A stretch of DNA of 64,000 nucleotides from Octopus vulgaris (Eukaryota). The position numbers and the translations under genes are program-made. The DNA is taken from assembly GCA_951406725.2 (NCBI GenBank), contig OX597819.1, positions 25,978,001-26,042,000 on the forward strand, given 5' to 3'. The notes beneath the pieces are model-generated. The model was not told where the DNA came from and did no database searches. It saw nothing but the letters and a program-made list of their open reading frames with translations. Positions 1 through 15,546 of this stretch are shown in pieces. Position 1 is the first letter of the stretch. The number at the start of each line of letters is the position of its first letter.

Positions 1-22
1 CCACACAGCCACTCCTGCGCCT
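1..22 (-). mobile_element. 5' end of tRNA-derived SINE family A, truncated by the window edge
   Basis: CCACACAGCCACTCCTGCGCCT is identical to the end of the minus-strand copy at 25489-25510 and is the reverse complement of the family A head AGGCGCAGGAGTGGCTGTGTGG. Confidence 0.85.
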
Positions 23-416
23 AACTAAAAAATTAAAAACTTCGTTTACTGGTAGAATGTGTTTATAAAACATCTTTTTCTCTTGGCTTTATTGAGAAAA
101 TTCTATAGTTTGTAAGATATTTGTTGATTTTTTTCTTCAATTTCTGCAATTTCAACCAATCAATAACGTGTATTGAGGTAAAAAAACATTCTGTGCCTTA
201 TGAATATGCCCCTCGTTTAAGAAACGATTGGGTTTATTTACATTTGTGAAGAAAAAAAAGATACCCTTCCCCCATCCCTAACCCTAACTAACCGTAACTA
301 ACCCTAAACCTAAAACAGATTGAAACGCAATAGATCAATACTAGGGTCATAATTATGGGTGACAATTTCATATGACACCGCTAGAAAAAAACTGCCATTC
401 AATCCGAAAAGATCCC
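23..416. mobile_element. Probable MITE / TIR DNA element remnant with an internal telomere-like (TAACCC) tract; other end outside the window
   Basis: CCCTAACCCTAACTAACCGTAACTAACCCTAAACCTAA at about 276-313. Sharp end ...AAAACTGCCATTCAATCCGAAAAGATCCC at 416. The partner TIR is not visible, so the call is inferred. Confidence 0.45.
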
Positions 417-887
417 AATATTCAACTCTCCTGAAAAGAAATGACATAAATTCTAAAACAGTATCGATAGTTAATGCGCTGTAATATATTTAAGTATACT
501 TAAATGCTTTTGCTGCAAGCGAGGTATCTTATTAACGTCAAGGACAACCGTTTTTGGTTGTGCTTAGCGATGCAGTCCTTCAACACAGTCTATGCTCTTT
601 TGTGATTCTAGGATATGAGGCAATGTATATTAAAACGCTATATATGCATTATATTACCCAACCGTAAACGAAAATAAATCATAAGTTAACGTTGACTATA
701 GGTTGTCTACTTTATATTTATGATTACAAAAGAGAGTATTATACACACTCGCGCACGCACAAGAATATATGATATTCTACGTGTGCGTGGTTGTGGAGAT
801 ATATGTTCGTGCATACATAGCATGTTACGAATGAAATCCTTTTCTTGCTACCTATGCATGTATGTATAAATGTGTATAAAATCATCT

Positions 888-1046
<159 letters not shown>

Positions 1047-2614
1047 AGAGACAGAGACAGAGACAGACAGGTTGAGAGAGTGAGAGAGACATACAGAAAG
1101 AAAAAGAATGCGTATATGCATATTGTATTTCTATGCGTGTATTTGTATTTTTAGTATTGTGAGTGTTCTTTTGTCCTTCCATATATTTCTTCATGTGCAT
1201 CAGCAAAAAGTATATCTCGATATTTTTTTTCCCCTAAAACTACCAATGAATACTGTCATCTGACATTGTGATTGAAATGTGAAAAAATGTTATGGAAGAC
1301 AGTTAAAACTAATTCTGAGCATAAACATGACAAAAGGAAAACTTTTGTATGACATAACTGATCGCAAAAAAATATAGTCAGCTCAACTTTAGGAAGCTTA
1401 AAGTGTCATTATATCGATATTTCATTTTCTTTTATGAACCTTATCGTTCACTAATGTAATGCATCTATTGAATAATGGGGATGAAAACATGCTGCAATCC
1501 TGGAAACTATGACATCGATTGCTATTCCTATCAAATTATATAAACTGCAAAAAACCATTCACTGAGTCAAAAGGAAATTCACAAATGCATTTTATTATAT
1601 CTACGTTTTTCATTCATTTCTTGTCAGGTGAATCAGAGAAAGACATTTTCATGGAACTAAAGATTTCGTAAATTTTAGTGTGATTATTTTAAACTTCATT
1701 TATCTAAAATATCAAGTTTTGTTGCCTTGCAGTGAATAACTTACCCAATGTACATGTACTATTTATTAGCTCTCCTTTTGAAAAAAATATAAACCCCATT
1801 TAGTTTTATTCTGTAGGCTGGCCTCGATATCCACATGAATCGATTTCGCCTCAGTTACGTTGATATTATACTCTGAAAAATATGAACGTCTCACTTCTGT
1901 AGTGTGACGTTTCAGTTGTACTCTTCACTAGATTCTCTCTACGAATTTTATCGATTTAACTCTTTCTTAACATTACATACTGGAGTTCATATTTTCAACT
2001 CTCGAAACATACACAGTCTCCAGTTAACTTCATTTCTCAACCACCAGCATTTTCTCTTTATTCTGATGAAAAACTTTCGTTGGTTTAGTCTGATTCGTTT
2101 ACAAACAAAAATTGTAGGATCGCTATCTGGTTCAAATTTAAGACAAATGCAGTCATATTTATATATATGTAAACGTTATCCTCACTATTTTCATCAACTC
2201 TGACCTCTAGATCAGAGGTAACATTTTACTGCAGAATATTAATCTCACCATATTTTCTAGTGCTTTAAGACAGCAAACTATATTTACAAAACATCGTATT
2301 GATAGTCAGATTCGATTTCCTATTAAACATACAAGAGAATCGAAATATGTTCTCATTATATCAAACTGAGAAAAAGCGTAAAAGTAACTGAATTGTACAA
2401 GAATTCAGTTCATAAATATTTAGTTGTCCATCGACCCTAGCCGCATATGCTGGAGATTCATATATGACTAATATCGATAACTGCTATCTCAGATTCGAAA
2501 AGAGCACTTGGCTGGTATTTATTTTATCCACCCCAGAAGAATGAAGTGTAAAGTTAAAGTAGTTAGACATGAGAAGGTTTAAATAAAGAAATATACAGGT
2601 ACATTTCTAAACAT

Positions 2615-2790
2615 TGCTTTCAAAGTTTTGCACAATGTCAGTAAGTTCGAGGATGAATCGGTCCCATTACTCGATTTGTATTTACTTTATCGACCCGAAA
2701 GAATGGAAGGCACAGACAGCCTCGGCGGCATTTAGATTTAAAGCGTAAAGACAGACGAAATGCGTGCAAACCACTCTTCTAGCTCACCAC
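2615..2790 (-). mobile_element. Degraded SINE family B copy
   Basis: TTTATCGACCCGAAAGAATGGAAGGCACAGACAGCCTCGGCGGCATTT matches the reverse complement of the family B core. Confidence 0.6.
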
Positions 2791-3080
2791 CATTTCTATC
2801 AGGAAATGTGTTAAAATGTCATACACACACACATACACACACACACACACAAACACACACAAAAACACACACACAAATACATACACACAAACACACACAC
2901 ACAATCAGAATGCTTGATCACATTAGCGATCATGTGATAACATGCTGAAGAAGACTTAGCAATTTAAGACATGTTACAAAGATCTGTGAATAAATGAATA
3001 CTCTCTGTTTTTATATTTATTTATTTATTACTAGAGCACGATTTAAACAAAATGTGCTTTTCAGAAAACATGCCGCCTTG

Positions 3081-3625
3081 TGGCGGGGAGCTTGCAGGAT
3101 CGTTAGCACGCCGGGCAAAATGCTCAGCGGTATTTCAACTACCGTTACGTTCTAAGTTCAAATTCCGCCGAGGTCGACTTTGGCTTTCATCCTTTCGGGG
3201 TCGATAAACTAAGTACCAATTATGCACTGGGGTCGATATAATCGACTTAATCTGTCTTTCTGTCCTTGTTTGTCTCGTCTGTGGGTAGTAAAGAAATAGG
3301 TATTTCGTCTGCTTTAATTTCTGAGATCAAATTCCGCCGAGGTCGACTTTGCTTTTCATCCTTTCTGGATCGATTAAATAAGTACCAGTTACGCACTGGA
3401 GTCGATCTAATCGACTTAATCCCTTTGTCTGTCCTTGTTTGCCCGCTCTCTGTTTAGTCCCCTGTGGGTAAGAAAGAAATAAAGATATTATCATTATCCA
3501 ACTTTACGTTTTGAGTTCAAATTCCACCGTAGTCTAAATGTACCAGTTGAGCACTGGGGTTGATGTAATCGACTTTGCTCCTCACCCGAAATTGGTGGCC
3601 CTGTGCCGAAATTAGAAACCAATAT
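3081..3625 (+). mobile_element. SINE family B (tRNA head plus Deu/Nin-like central domain), partial head-to-tail tandem plus a third fragment
   Basis: Head GGCGGGGAGCTTGCAGGATCGTTAGC, B-box-like GTTCAAATTCC, core CTTTCATCCTTTCGGGGTCGATAAACTAAGTACC resembling the Deu/Nin SINE domain. The body restarts at about 3300 after AAAGAAATAGGTATTTCG. Confidence 0.85.
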
Positions 3626-3753
3626 ATTATCATTATAATTTGAAGAACTAATTACAAATCTTATATTGTTCCCCATATAACAGTTATTTGCATATTTCCT
3701 CTTCATATGTCCATACAGATTCAGATGCGAAATATGCATAAATATGAAAATTC

Positions 3754-3897
3754 AGGCCCATAGGTGTTTGTGTGGTAAGAAGATTGCTTCCCAACCAAAT
3801 GGTTCCAGGTTCAATTCCTACTGCGTGGTAATATCACCTCGGGCCGACCCAAGCCTTGTGAGTGAATTTGGTTGACAGAAACTGAAAGATGCCCGTC

Positions 3898-3961
<64 letters not shown>
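3754..3961 (+). mobile_element. SINE family A 5' half ending in an expanded (TA)n tract
   Basis: TGTGTGGTAAGAAGATTGCTTCCCAACCAAATGGTTCCAGGTTCAATTCC...GAAACTGAAAGATGCCCGTCGTATATA, same layout as the copies at 16432 and 57883. Confidence 0.85.
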
Positions 3962-3965
<4 letters not shown>

Positions 3966-4581
3966 GACAATTTAAAATAATGGTCATTACATATAATTCC
4001 TTTATTGAAGCAAATTCGGCTATACTGTTTCCAGTAGATAGGGTTACTCAATTGGTCTATTGATCAATTAAGGTAAATTGAAAGACCTAAGAAAATTAAT
4101 TAAGTATTCGTCAGAGCTATAGCTGGAAATAAACAGAGCACCTGAAGAATGGCTATTATATGCGCAAAGTGGGGGCAGATTGGTATATTTAAGTAGAAAA
4201 ATCCTACTATGGGATGGTAGCAATTGAGGGAGTGGAACTAAGTAGAAGAAGCGGTAGTAATATCAGTGGTAATATTATTAGTAGATGTAGTAGTAGGAGT
4301 GTTGCATTGCCAAATTTGGGAGAGCAAGAGTCACACACATAGGTCAGCCGCATTTCCACATTGGCTATGAACACATTGGCTGGAGTTCATAATTTACTAG
4401 GAATAGACGACAAGAACGTAACCTTGTCTTGAGACGAATAAATGCAAGCAAAAGAAAATATGAATGGCATTTCAAAGTGGTATATTTTAAAAGTGGTCTA
4501 TATTTTATTCTCCGTATAAAATACTTGCCTTCTATAGGTGTGAATAGACAATCTGTGTCACAAACCATGTATGTATTCTAA

Positions 4582-4965
4582 GTGGAGTCGCAATGGCCCA
4601 GTGGTTAGGGCAGCGGACTCGCAGTCATAGGATCGCGGTTTCGATTCCCAGACCGGGCGTTGTGAGTGTTTATTGGGCGAAAACACCTAAAGCTCCACGA
4701 GGCTCCAGCAGGGGATGGTGGTGATCCCTGCTGTACTCTTTCACCACAACTTCATCTCACTCTTACTTCCTGTTTCTGTTGTACCTGTATTTCAAAGAGC
4801 CGGCCTTGTCACTCTCTGTGTCACGCTGAATATCCCCGAGGACTACGTTAAGGGTACACGTGTCTGTGGAGTGCTCAGCCACTTACACGTTAATTTCACG
4901 AGCAGGCTGTTCCGTTGATTCGGATCAACCGGAACCCTCATCGTCGTAACCGACGGAGTGCTTCC
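4582..4965 (+). mobile_element. Full-length tRNA-derived SINE family C with an 11-bp TSD
   Basis: A-box-like TGGCCCAGTGGTTAGG, B-box-like GGTTTCGATTCC, tail CGTCGTAACCGACGGAGT. ATGTATTCTAA is repeated at 4571-4581 and 4966-4976. Confidence 0.92.
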
Positions 4966-5424
4966 ATGTATTCTAACCATATATCGTTACATACTCAAAT
5001 AGGCGAGTATTTTGTGTCATTTAGGGCCACGTTGGCCTACGTTGACTATGCGTCATTTTATGAATGTGCAGCCCTGAGACAGCGAACGTTAGCGAACGTT
5101 AGTTGTTGCCCGCGCAAATACCCCTGATCGGTTACCGCTACTACTATCCAAAGTGGGCTGATACATCTTGGAACCTGAGTTGTTTCAGTGGTCGCGCTCA
5201 GAGCGGAAATAACAGGATAAGATATCACAATGTACCTCGTTCGATCGTCGAACAGCTTCACCTGTTCGGAAAGGATATTGTTTTTTCAATCTCGAATGAG
5301 TGATGTCAACATCTCCTTTAATAAAAGACATGGGGGCCTTAGCAGAATTTGATCTCAGAATACAAAGAGGCAGGACAAATTTTGAAATGCTTTGTTTCAG
5401 CACATTTTCAAAACTATAAGACAA

Positions 5425-5600
5425 CGAGCTGGTATAATGGTTAGGCGAAACGCTTAGTGGCATTTTGTCCCTTCTTACATTGAGTTCAAATTCCACCGAG
5501 GTTGAGTTTGCCTTACCTCATTTCGGTTTCGATAAAATAAGTACCAGTTGGAAACTGGGGCAAATGTAATCGACCTACCCATCGCTCAAATTTACTGGCG
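5425..5600 (+). mobile_element. Degraded SINE family B
   Basis: GAGCTGGTATAATGGTTAGG...GAGTTCAAATTCCACCGAGGTTGAGTTTGCC...TCGATAAAATAAGTACCAG. Confidence 0.7.
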
Positions 5601-7479
5601 AAGGAAAACTAATATAACCGGCCACGAATAACTTCTATTATTTTTAATTAGAATTTTCCTTTTAAAGTTGTAAACCTTTTATTAAGAAATATTGTTTCAT
5701 CAACTGTAATTTGCTATATTTTTTCATTCTTCTAATCCATGGTCTTTGACAAATTCTAGCAAAAAATAAACAAGACATAACTTTCTGACACTTAAGAATT
5801 TTATGTCACTCCACATCAGATTTTCTTAAAGAAATAAAAATTTAGAAATTTTAGATGAAGTGAAACGAAATATTTCATGCGTTTGATATTAGTGTATTGT
5901 GTTTCCTGAAGTTGATTGTAGAGGCACAAATTTGACATCAAAGGAATTTTTTATCCCGCCGTCACCTACGTATGACTTCAATCAATATTTATACAATAAG
6001 GATCTAACTATAATGTTCATACAGCTTAATGTCCTACACGTCATACCCAAATGTCTAGTAAATGAAGATATTGGATAATATAGTTGAAAATAGACAGGCT
6101 GGACATAGTTGAAACGTATTTCATAATAGATTTTCTCCGTCATATTTAACGTCCTAAAATAGCAATGAAAACTCTCTCACATCACATATTTCTGACTTTA
6201 AAGTTGCAACGTGTAGACATGCCTGAAAGTTCTTTGATACCAGAGCTGGTTGATCAAGGCCTAACCATGAAAGAAAAGTCAACAACAATCGACAACAATT
6301 TACTAATAACAATTTCTTTGAAGTGAAAACAAGGTGAACATTGAATGTTGGGTATATATTATTGGTACTAATGATACCAGACTTTAAAAAAACGAACCAC
6401 TGCACTGTATATTGCTAAACATAAGGCTGAAATATGGTGAATAGTTTTTATTGTCCATTATAGTGGTTCTAATGAATCAGTTATCCGGTTATCAAAGATG
6501 GTTTTTCATGTTGCGTATGTGGCGAAATTATTTCATACGTAAGCTTTCATATTTGTTGATGTATTTTTCTGAATTGCAGTAACTACCGGCATATTGTCTA
6601 TATTTGTATTTACGTTTTATTCTTTATTTGATTTGATCCACTTGTAGTTTTATTGCCTCCGTATGAATGTGTTATTTGTGCCTGCAAAGGAAATAAAATG
6701 CCACGTTTGAAAGTTGGAATTTATGATTCTATTGTTTATCCTCGTTCTGCTCCAAATATTCACTTGAAATAGCGTATTAGCAGTCAAGTACTGAAAATGA
6801 GCGTGCATATGTGCAATTTGTAGAGTCTATATCAAAGTGCAATGAAAGCAAACGCATACCTATTTAACAACGTTTCATGTTCGTAATCTTGAATGTGGAG
6901 AGATAAATAAATATATTATTGCTGACATAAAGACACATTGCATTCTGTCATATATTTTGTCATAAAAAAGCTCATTCGGTTTATAAAATATATATACATC
7001 AATTGATGTCCTCGTCAATAGTTGTGATCAGTACAGATATCCAACCTTGTCTCCAGTAGATAAGGGACATAGCCATGTACAGAAATAATAGAACACGTTT
7101 ATACCCTAAAGTAATTTGCATAATTCAAACAAAATTGAGCTAAGAGAATAACTCAGTGGCCAATGACATGTATTCGAATGACAAATACAAGATTATCAAA
7201 TATCATGCAACATAAATCCTTGATATTTCAAAATATCCTCGTCTCTGGATATGTCATAATTACCAAATGGCAATTAAGGTTAGCTCCATATGAGAAGGAG
7301 AGATAATCTCAAGCATCAAGAACACTCCAAAGTTGACATTGCCATTAAAGAAAAAAATAAATTATTGTCAGATGTGTAGGCTGTCACAGATAAAGAATTT
7401 TGTCATAATAGCCATCTTCATTACATCAACAGTATTAAAATAGTTAAGAGCGTTGCATTTCTATGCGTGCATGTAGTAA

Positions 7480-7760
7480 ATGCGCCTGGCTTAGAGGTTA
7501 AGCTATTCAGCTGACGATCGTAGGTTGTGTGTTGTGTCCTTGAGCAAGACGCTGTATTTCACGTTGATCCAGTCCCCTCAGCTGGCAAAAATCAGTGACA
7601 AGCAGGCCTTGCCACATTCTGTAACACGCGTAATCTCCTTGAAAAATACATTAAGGGTACGCTTGTCTGGAGCGTTAAGCTGCCTGCACACCAATTTCAA
7701 GAGCTGGCCGTTCTGTTTATCAGATCACCCGGAACACCCGCCGTCATAACCAACGGACTG
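7480..7760 (+). mobile_element. Degraded SINE family C
   Basis: GTTGTGTCCTTGAGCAAGAC...TTAAGGGTACGCTTGTCTGGAGCG...CGTCATAACCAACGGACT, homologous to 4582-4965 and 42186-42521. Confidence 0.75.
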
Positions 7761-8404
7761 TTTTCAGGTATGTTAATACTACAATAAATTTTTGGGCGTG
7801 CATATAACAGAAATTTCATACTATATAGACTTTAAATAAAATCTTCGTTTCGGATAATCCTCACTGGGTATAAATAATACAGCCCCTGAGTTTTCCGTCA
7901 ATGAAAATGACGAGTATAATGCAAAAAATAATATTCAACATACGCCTATACAAATGTAAACCTATTGTATCTAGTATGATATTTATAAACGAGCTGAGGA
8001 AAACAGTGAATTAATGACAATATATGGAAGGAAGGGAAAATATATTGCCAATTTTAAAATATTTGTCGGTAATTATTCAGTAAAAATAATACATTTTTCT
8101 ATTTATTCCTTAATGCAGCAATTAGGCTCTCACCAAAGATATAAGTTTTCTGTATCGTATTTATTTATAGTTCCTTAACTATATTTCTTGTTTTTAAAGA
8201 AACGTTATGAAATGAGAGCTTACTCTGTTTAGTTTCCATTCATGTCATAAGAATACGTATCACATTACTAAATATAGTTTGGCTGCATATATAAAGAAGA
8301 ATAGATGTGTATGTATGTATGTGCGTGTGTATGTATGTAATATGTATGTGTGTATGTATGTATGTACATGTGTATGTATATATGTATGTGTGTGTCTGTG
8401 CGTG

Positions 8405-8442
<38 letters not shown>

Positions 8443-8448
8443 CACTTC

Positions 8449-8672
8449 ATTTAAAGCAGCAGAAAATTCTACAAAACTTGTTACTCTGAGTTTCACGTTG
8501 CCGTTCATCGGACAGTTTTTCTAGCAAAAACTGTCCGATGAACGGCAACGTGAAACTCAGCGTAACAGGTTTTGTAGAATTTCCTGCTGCTTTAAATAAA
8601 GCATATTACTCTAACACTGTTATTTGAGTACTCTTTTTTTCCACCTTGTTTCACGTTTATGTGTTTACTCCG
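8449..8672. mobile_element. Penelope-like (PLE) pLTR fragment with an inverted partial copy: 72-bp-arm foldback
   Basis: Arms 8449-8520 and 8526-8597, 3 mismatches, 5-nt loop CTAGC. Each arm carries a hammerhead-like motif. Flanked by (TA)n on both sides. The PLE assignment is inferred from HHR plus inverted end plus microsatellite target. Confidence 0.7.
8526..8573 (+). ncRNA. Type I hammerhead ribozyme-like motif (U4C core variant); mirror copy on the minus strand in the left arm
   Basis: AAAAACTGT-CCGATGA-ACG GCAA CGT-GAAAC-TCAGC-GTA-ACAGGTTTT: stem I about 8 bp with a bulge, stem II with a GCAA tetraloop, GUA cleavage triplet. Confidence 0.55.
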
Positions 8673-8852
8673 GTATATATATATATATCTTAGAGTAACA
8701 ATCAAACCCAAGGTTGCACAAGGATTTCAAGTCATTTAGAATAGTTTAATTTGAGGTCTTACAGCCGCTTCTGATATAACCCAAATGGTAGATTAGCATG
8801 TCCAAAAATATACGCAGAAGAAAAATGTCCACAACTCGTATTTTTCCAGAGG

Positions 8853-9036
<184 letters not shown>

Positions 9037-10354
9037 ATATATATATATATATATATATAATTATATATATATATGCATACATGCATACATACAAACATAC
9101 AAATATACACGCATATAAACACACACAAACACACACACACACACACATAACCATATACACAGACATAATTTTACTAAACTGGATTCTCAAATCAGTTGTC
9201 TTGTTATCATCAGTTGTTAGCTTAAGGCCTTTTCTATGTTTCGTAGTCTGTTTAGGGAAGTGTTATCATTCATTCGATCCACAACGTCCACATATTTAGT
9301 ATGAATTATATGACACTCTTTCGCATTAATTTACGTATCGACAACATGCCCAAGTGAATAAAGTAGTCTGTTAATAAATCATTTATTTTCTGGCAATTTG
9401 TTGTTTATATGCGAAACAAGTTATCTTGCTATATATCGGAAATAAATTCCGTGTCATTCGTAGCAATCTGGCGCCTTATCCACGAAGCCATCTATAACAC
9501 ATTAGACTTCACACTAAGAAACATGTTTGATCAACGGTTTAAAATGCCACTGGTGTCTCAATGGAATTCATAATATTTGCATGTATATTCATACAGATAT
9601 TGATATCCGAAGGAAAACATTTGTGATTATGGTATTCGTATCGTCGTATGAAGAATCAAACGTATATACACGTTGGTATTTAAACATTTACATATTACTC
9701 TGCGTAAAGCAAGTTATACATTTGATATATCACATTCAGATATACATATCTTATAAACTTATCGACACAATTTATGCGAAGCGCAATTTTAAAAACTAGC
9801 CAAGACACACATTTTACTATAATTTGACTTGTTTTCCAGAGAATTTTATATCCAGTGACTTATTCAAATCTGAGACATACCCATGGACAATTTTTTTGTT
9901 ATCACTAACTTTATTGTGTACACATATGACTAATGTGTTTTACATAAGTATCCAACAGCTATGTGTATAGAACGAAGATTTCAGAAATAAATTGGAACAG
10001 CGTTTACTTCACTGTCATTATTTATACATATTATTACTTGTCTGTATATTTCACAGCTTCACATGCACATTTTATAAACTGTTTATTCTTTTCACTAACC
10101 CCCTTTGCGGAGTAAAAATCAATTTGCTTCCTGTCATAAATCACTAAAATTTGGAATATCTGTTTACTGGAAGAAGTTCAGTCCACTAAATAAGTCTATA
10201 AGTCTGTTAAAATTTTTCGCTGTGAGTTGTCAAAGGCGCACTACATGTATGTATACATAGGTACATACATACATACCTACGTATGTATGTCCATATGATT
10301 ATAAATAAATGCATATACATATATCTCTTTTTCTCGCTTTCCATATATTTCCAT

Positions 10355-10391
<37 letters not shown>

Positions 10392-10392
<1 letters not shown>

Positions 10393-10551
10393 TGCAAGAT
10401 TTTTGATGTGAAATCATGTGTTGAAACATATATTGTTGTATTTAGGAATGAAGCAAAGTAATACCAAATATTTGCATGTATATAATACCAAATATTTGCG
10501 TGTGTTTTTATTGGCTAAACTGGCGAAATGACCATTCCTAAATACAACAAT
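10392..10551. repeat. Short repeat between (TA)n tracts with a 19-bp inverted repeat and an internal direct repeat
   Basis: ATTGTTGTATTTAGGAATG (10432-10450) pairs with CATTCCTAAATACAACAAT (10533-10551). TAATACCAAATATTTGC occurs twice between them. Confidence 0.8.
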
Positions 10552-10689
10552 GTATATATATATATACAGAGACAGAGAGAGAAATAGAGAGAGTGAGATA
10601 GATATATTTGTATGTATATACAAATGGACATGGACATAAATGTATACATATATATGTGTGTATGTATACATATGTATATTTATATACGT

Positions 10690-11739
<1,050 letters not shown>

Positions 11740-12502
11740 TCTGCAATATTCAAATTTCACAGGCATTAAATCTCATGCAAGCTTTTCATGAGAGTGCTGC
11801 AACAGCTATAATGTATTACGTATGTCTGTCATTTTGTCTCTCTTTCTCCGCCTGTGTTTGCTTATCTCTGGGCCTTGTACAATAATTGTTTTCTTGTGTA
11901 CGAGCCAACTGGCCGTTATATATTGCTTCCTTCATTTGTAGAAAGATTATGCGCCTTCAGCCATTTGATCCTGGCGAGTGACGTATAATCCTAAGGTGCA
12001 AACGCAATGGTATCACTACGAAGATATATATGCACGCACAAACACACAAACACATACACACACATAAAATTAAGGAGAGGAGAAAAGAAATTCAAAGGCC
12101 AATGTATATATTCATTCAATCCATATTAACGAAATTTTCCCGGTTATACAAAATACATACATCGATGCATTCATCTATATGATATATATTTCTAAGAATT
12201 TACAAATACATGCATATACACGAAAATTCATAAATATATAAAAATTCATACACATTTAAAAATTTATAAATACATAAGAATTCATAAATGTACTTGCGAA
12301 GTTCTAATGAAGACGATGATAAAGCGGATGTAAAATGATTCATAGGGAGTATGGAAAATGTATGAATATATTGTGTAAAAGTCTTTCGGGCGTTTCAAAA
12401 GTATATGAGTTGCTTTGCTCTCCGTAATTTTATATTCCTGAAGCTCTATCGGAGCGCTAATCGGTTGGGCTGTATAAAGCGTATAATCACGTATTTCTTC
12501 AG

Positions 12503-12975
<473 letters not shown>

Positions 12976-13004
12976 TGGATACAGACACACACATATAAAT
13001 ATCT

Positions 13005-13165
13005 GCCCATATACGACGAGATTTCGCACATTTTCGTCTGTCAAATTTTCTTTATGGTATCGTTCTCTCTAATGCTATTTGGAAAAGAAAAAAAAACATT
13101 TATATCCTACCGCACTGTGAGATTGAACCGAAACCCCCTGGCTGCACAATAACTGCTTAACCCTG
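13005..13165 (-). mobile_element. Degraded SINE family A head
   Basis: ATATACGACGAG...TTTTCGTCTGTCAAATT...GAGATTGAACCGAAACCCCCTGGCTG...CTGCTTAACC matches the reverse complement of the family A head. Confidence 0.55.
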
Positions 13166-15311
13166 GAGATATATTTGTATTTCAATATTTGTAACTATGA
13201 AGTATACATACACGATTGACACTTCGTGTGAATCATACCAACCGAATTTTAACATTGGAAAAATTCCTTCTGCATACCACTTATCTAATTTGAAGTTCAA
13301 GTGATTTATTTATTTCAAGCCTCAAATTTTCTTGGCATATTCAAACATTTTCAAGCCATATTTAAAAAAACAGAAAAAAGAAAAATGAACATTACACCTT
13401 GAAGGAAGATGCATGGTTATATCAGAAGATATAAATCGGACATCCTATTTTTGGTAATCATGTATGCCATAAATAATCATGTTTCGTTTTACATGTTTAC
13501 AAACTGATGGTTGAAATCATAAATAATTATAATTAAATATTGAAATTAAAATTGTGCTGAGTAATAGATCCTTTGAAAGTAGGAGGAATATATTTAATTT
13601 TATTTACTTTCATCCTCTACAATCTGGCGTTATATCGCAGGAGGTTTGATTAAATAAGTGTTGCCGTTGCAGGGAGTTTGATCAAATAAATTTTTACCAT
13701 TATTCAAATACAGGTGTAGTAAACTTGACTCTTAATCAATATCGCATGGTAAACTTGATTACTCTCAAGTAACTGATAATCTTTAGATAGTATTAGAAAA
13801 TAACTTTTATTCGCAACCTTCATAAATGAGCGTATAAACATTGAAATGGCAACAAAACGTTTTCGTTTTCCTTGAATTAGCTGTAAAACCTGCATTAATA
13901 CGTTACTGGGAGAAAAGCTGTCGAAACCAAGGATGTTGATTTTCTTCGGCTCATGTCTATTTCTATTTGAGACTTCTTAAACTTCCTGCATGTTCTTATA
14001 GAATCGACAGACGTGCAGTAGACACTGCGTAGTCAAAACCTAGTGAGATTTGCCGTGCATTTAATATTTTCGGAATCGAGAAAGTATGGCTTCCCACAAT
14101 ATTGCCTAGTGCCTAATTTTAAAATCATATTTAGTGAGATGTCTTTCATTCTGGGTTCCGTTTCGACAAGTTCGACATAAGTTATCGTATTCCCTGCTTC
14201 ATAAAATAAGTGCGTTGCAGAGTATTGATACCAATATGATAGATGGCTTCATCACCAAATTCGTGGCCTATAGCATAGATATCGATTTATTATTTAAGGA
14301 TTCAGAGAAAATGCTTTTCCATAACACGGCCATAGTAAATTCAACCACGATTATATCGTTAATTGATACACGGATATTGTAAATATAATGATTAATTCAA
14401 TGAACTACTTATTTAATTGGCTTTGTAAAATTGTCAAAAATGAATATATGAGGGAGCTAGCTGTAATAGGATTGTTGACGGGAGACCTTAAGCGTAGAGA
14501 CCACGTTAATGACTACTCTCACCAAACATTCAACCACACCACAATATCTATTATTCATTATCATAAATTCTTTTGAAGATTCTCATAGCTAATATTTGCA
14601 CTTCTATAGCTGTTTGCACTTCTATATCCCGAGATGATAAGCGATAAGGTAGTTGACCTCAGATTAGAAATATTATCAAATAATTGCAAAAGCAGTATTA
14701 GCTAAAGGTACCCAAAGAATAGCAGTATTAAACCAAGCATCAGTTTAAAATATAGAAGGCGAATTCAGTCATACCCCTCTAAATCGTACCTTCCCTTAAG
14801 ACATAAAAACAAATATTTCCCTTCAAGCTATAAATGGTAGTTGATTTATTTCATAGGTTTCAAGGTCCAATAGAAAATCTTTACATTGGAAACGTTCCAG
14901 TTTCAGAAAATATATCTTCTTAATATATACAGCATGGTCTTTAAATAAGTTATACGAAAAATATCCTAAACTATTTGAGAATTACAAAACAAAAATTGAT
15001 TTAAATATTTTTAAACAGTTCCATAAGATAAATAAATGAGCAAATATCTTTTATTTTTTTATGAAAGACATTTGTATAATTCTGCATTTTTCGCACTTCG
15101 ATATCTTACAATGTTCTTAAATTATCAATTTAAAAAAAAAAATAAGACACTATTTGTACTACTCTCTTCCATGAAAGCTTTCTATTTAAAATTATTTCGA
15201 TAAATATTTGTTTAAGAAAATGGTGATTTCTTAAAGACTAATCGCAAACATACACACACAGCACACCCTCTCAGTTTATGTATGTATGTATACACACACA
15301 CACACACACAC

Positions 15312-15349
<38 letters not shown>

Positions 15350-15507
15350 GATATGTGGGTGTTTAGTTCACTTGTAATCTACGCTGTGTAAGCACTATAA
15401 TTGGTTGACCATTAGTCTCCAAGATCACTACTATCTATCTATTTATCTATCTATATCTATCTATCTGTCTATCTGTCTGTATGTCTGTCTATCTGTCTGT
15501 CTGTATA

Positions 15508-15546
<39 letters not shown>

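Noticed and set aside
1628-1667. Possible 40-nt exon (TTGTCAG/.../GTAAAT)
   Set aside because: Weak donor and no linkable neighbours; such matches are expected by chance in AT-rich DNA.
4582-4660. tRNA-like sequences (also about 42445-42521 and other SINE heads)
   Set aside because: They are SINE heads continuing into shared bodies with TSDs, not stand-alone tRNA genes.
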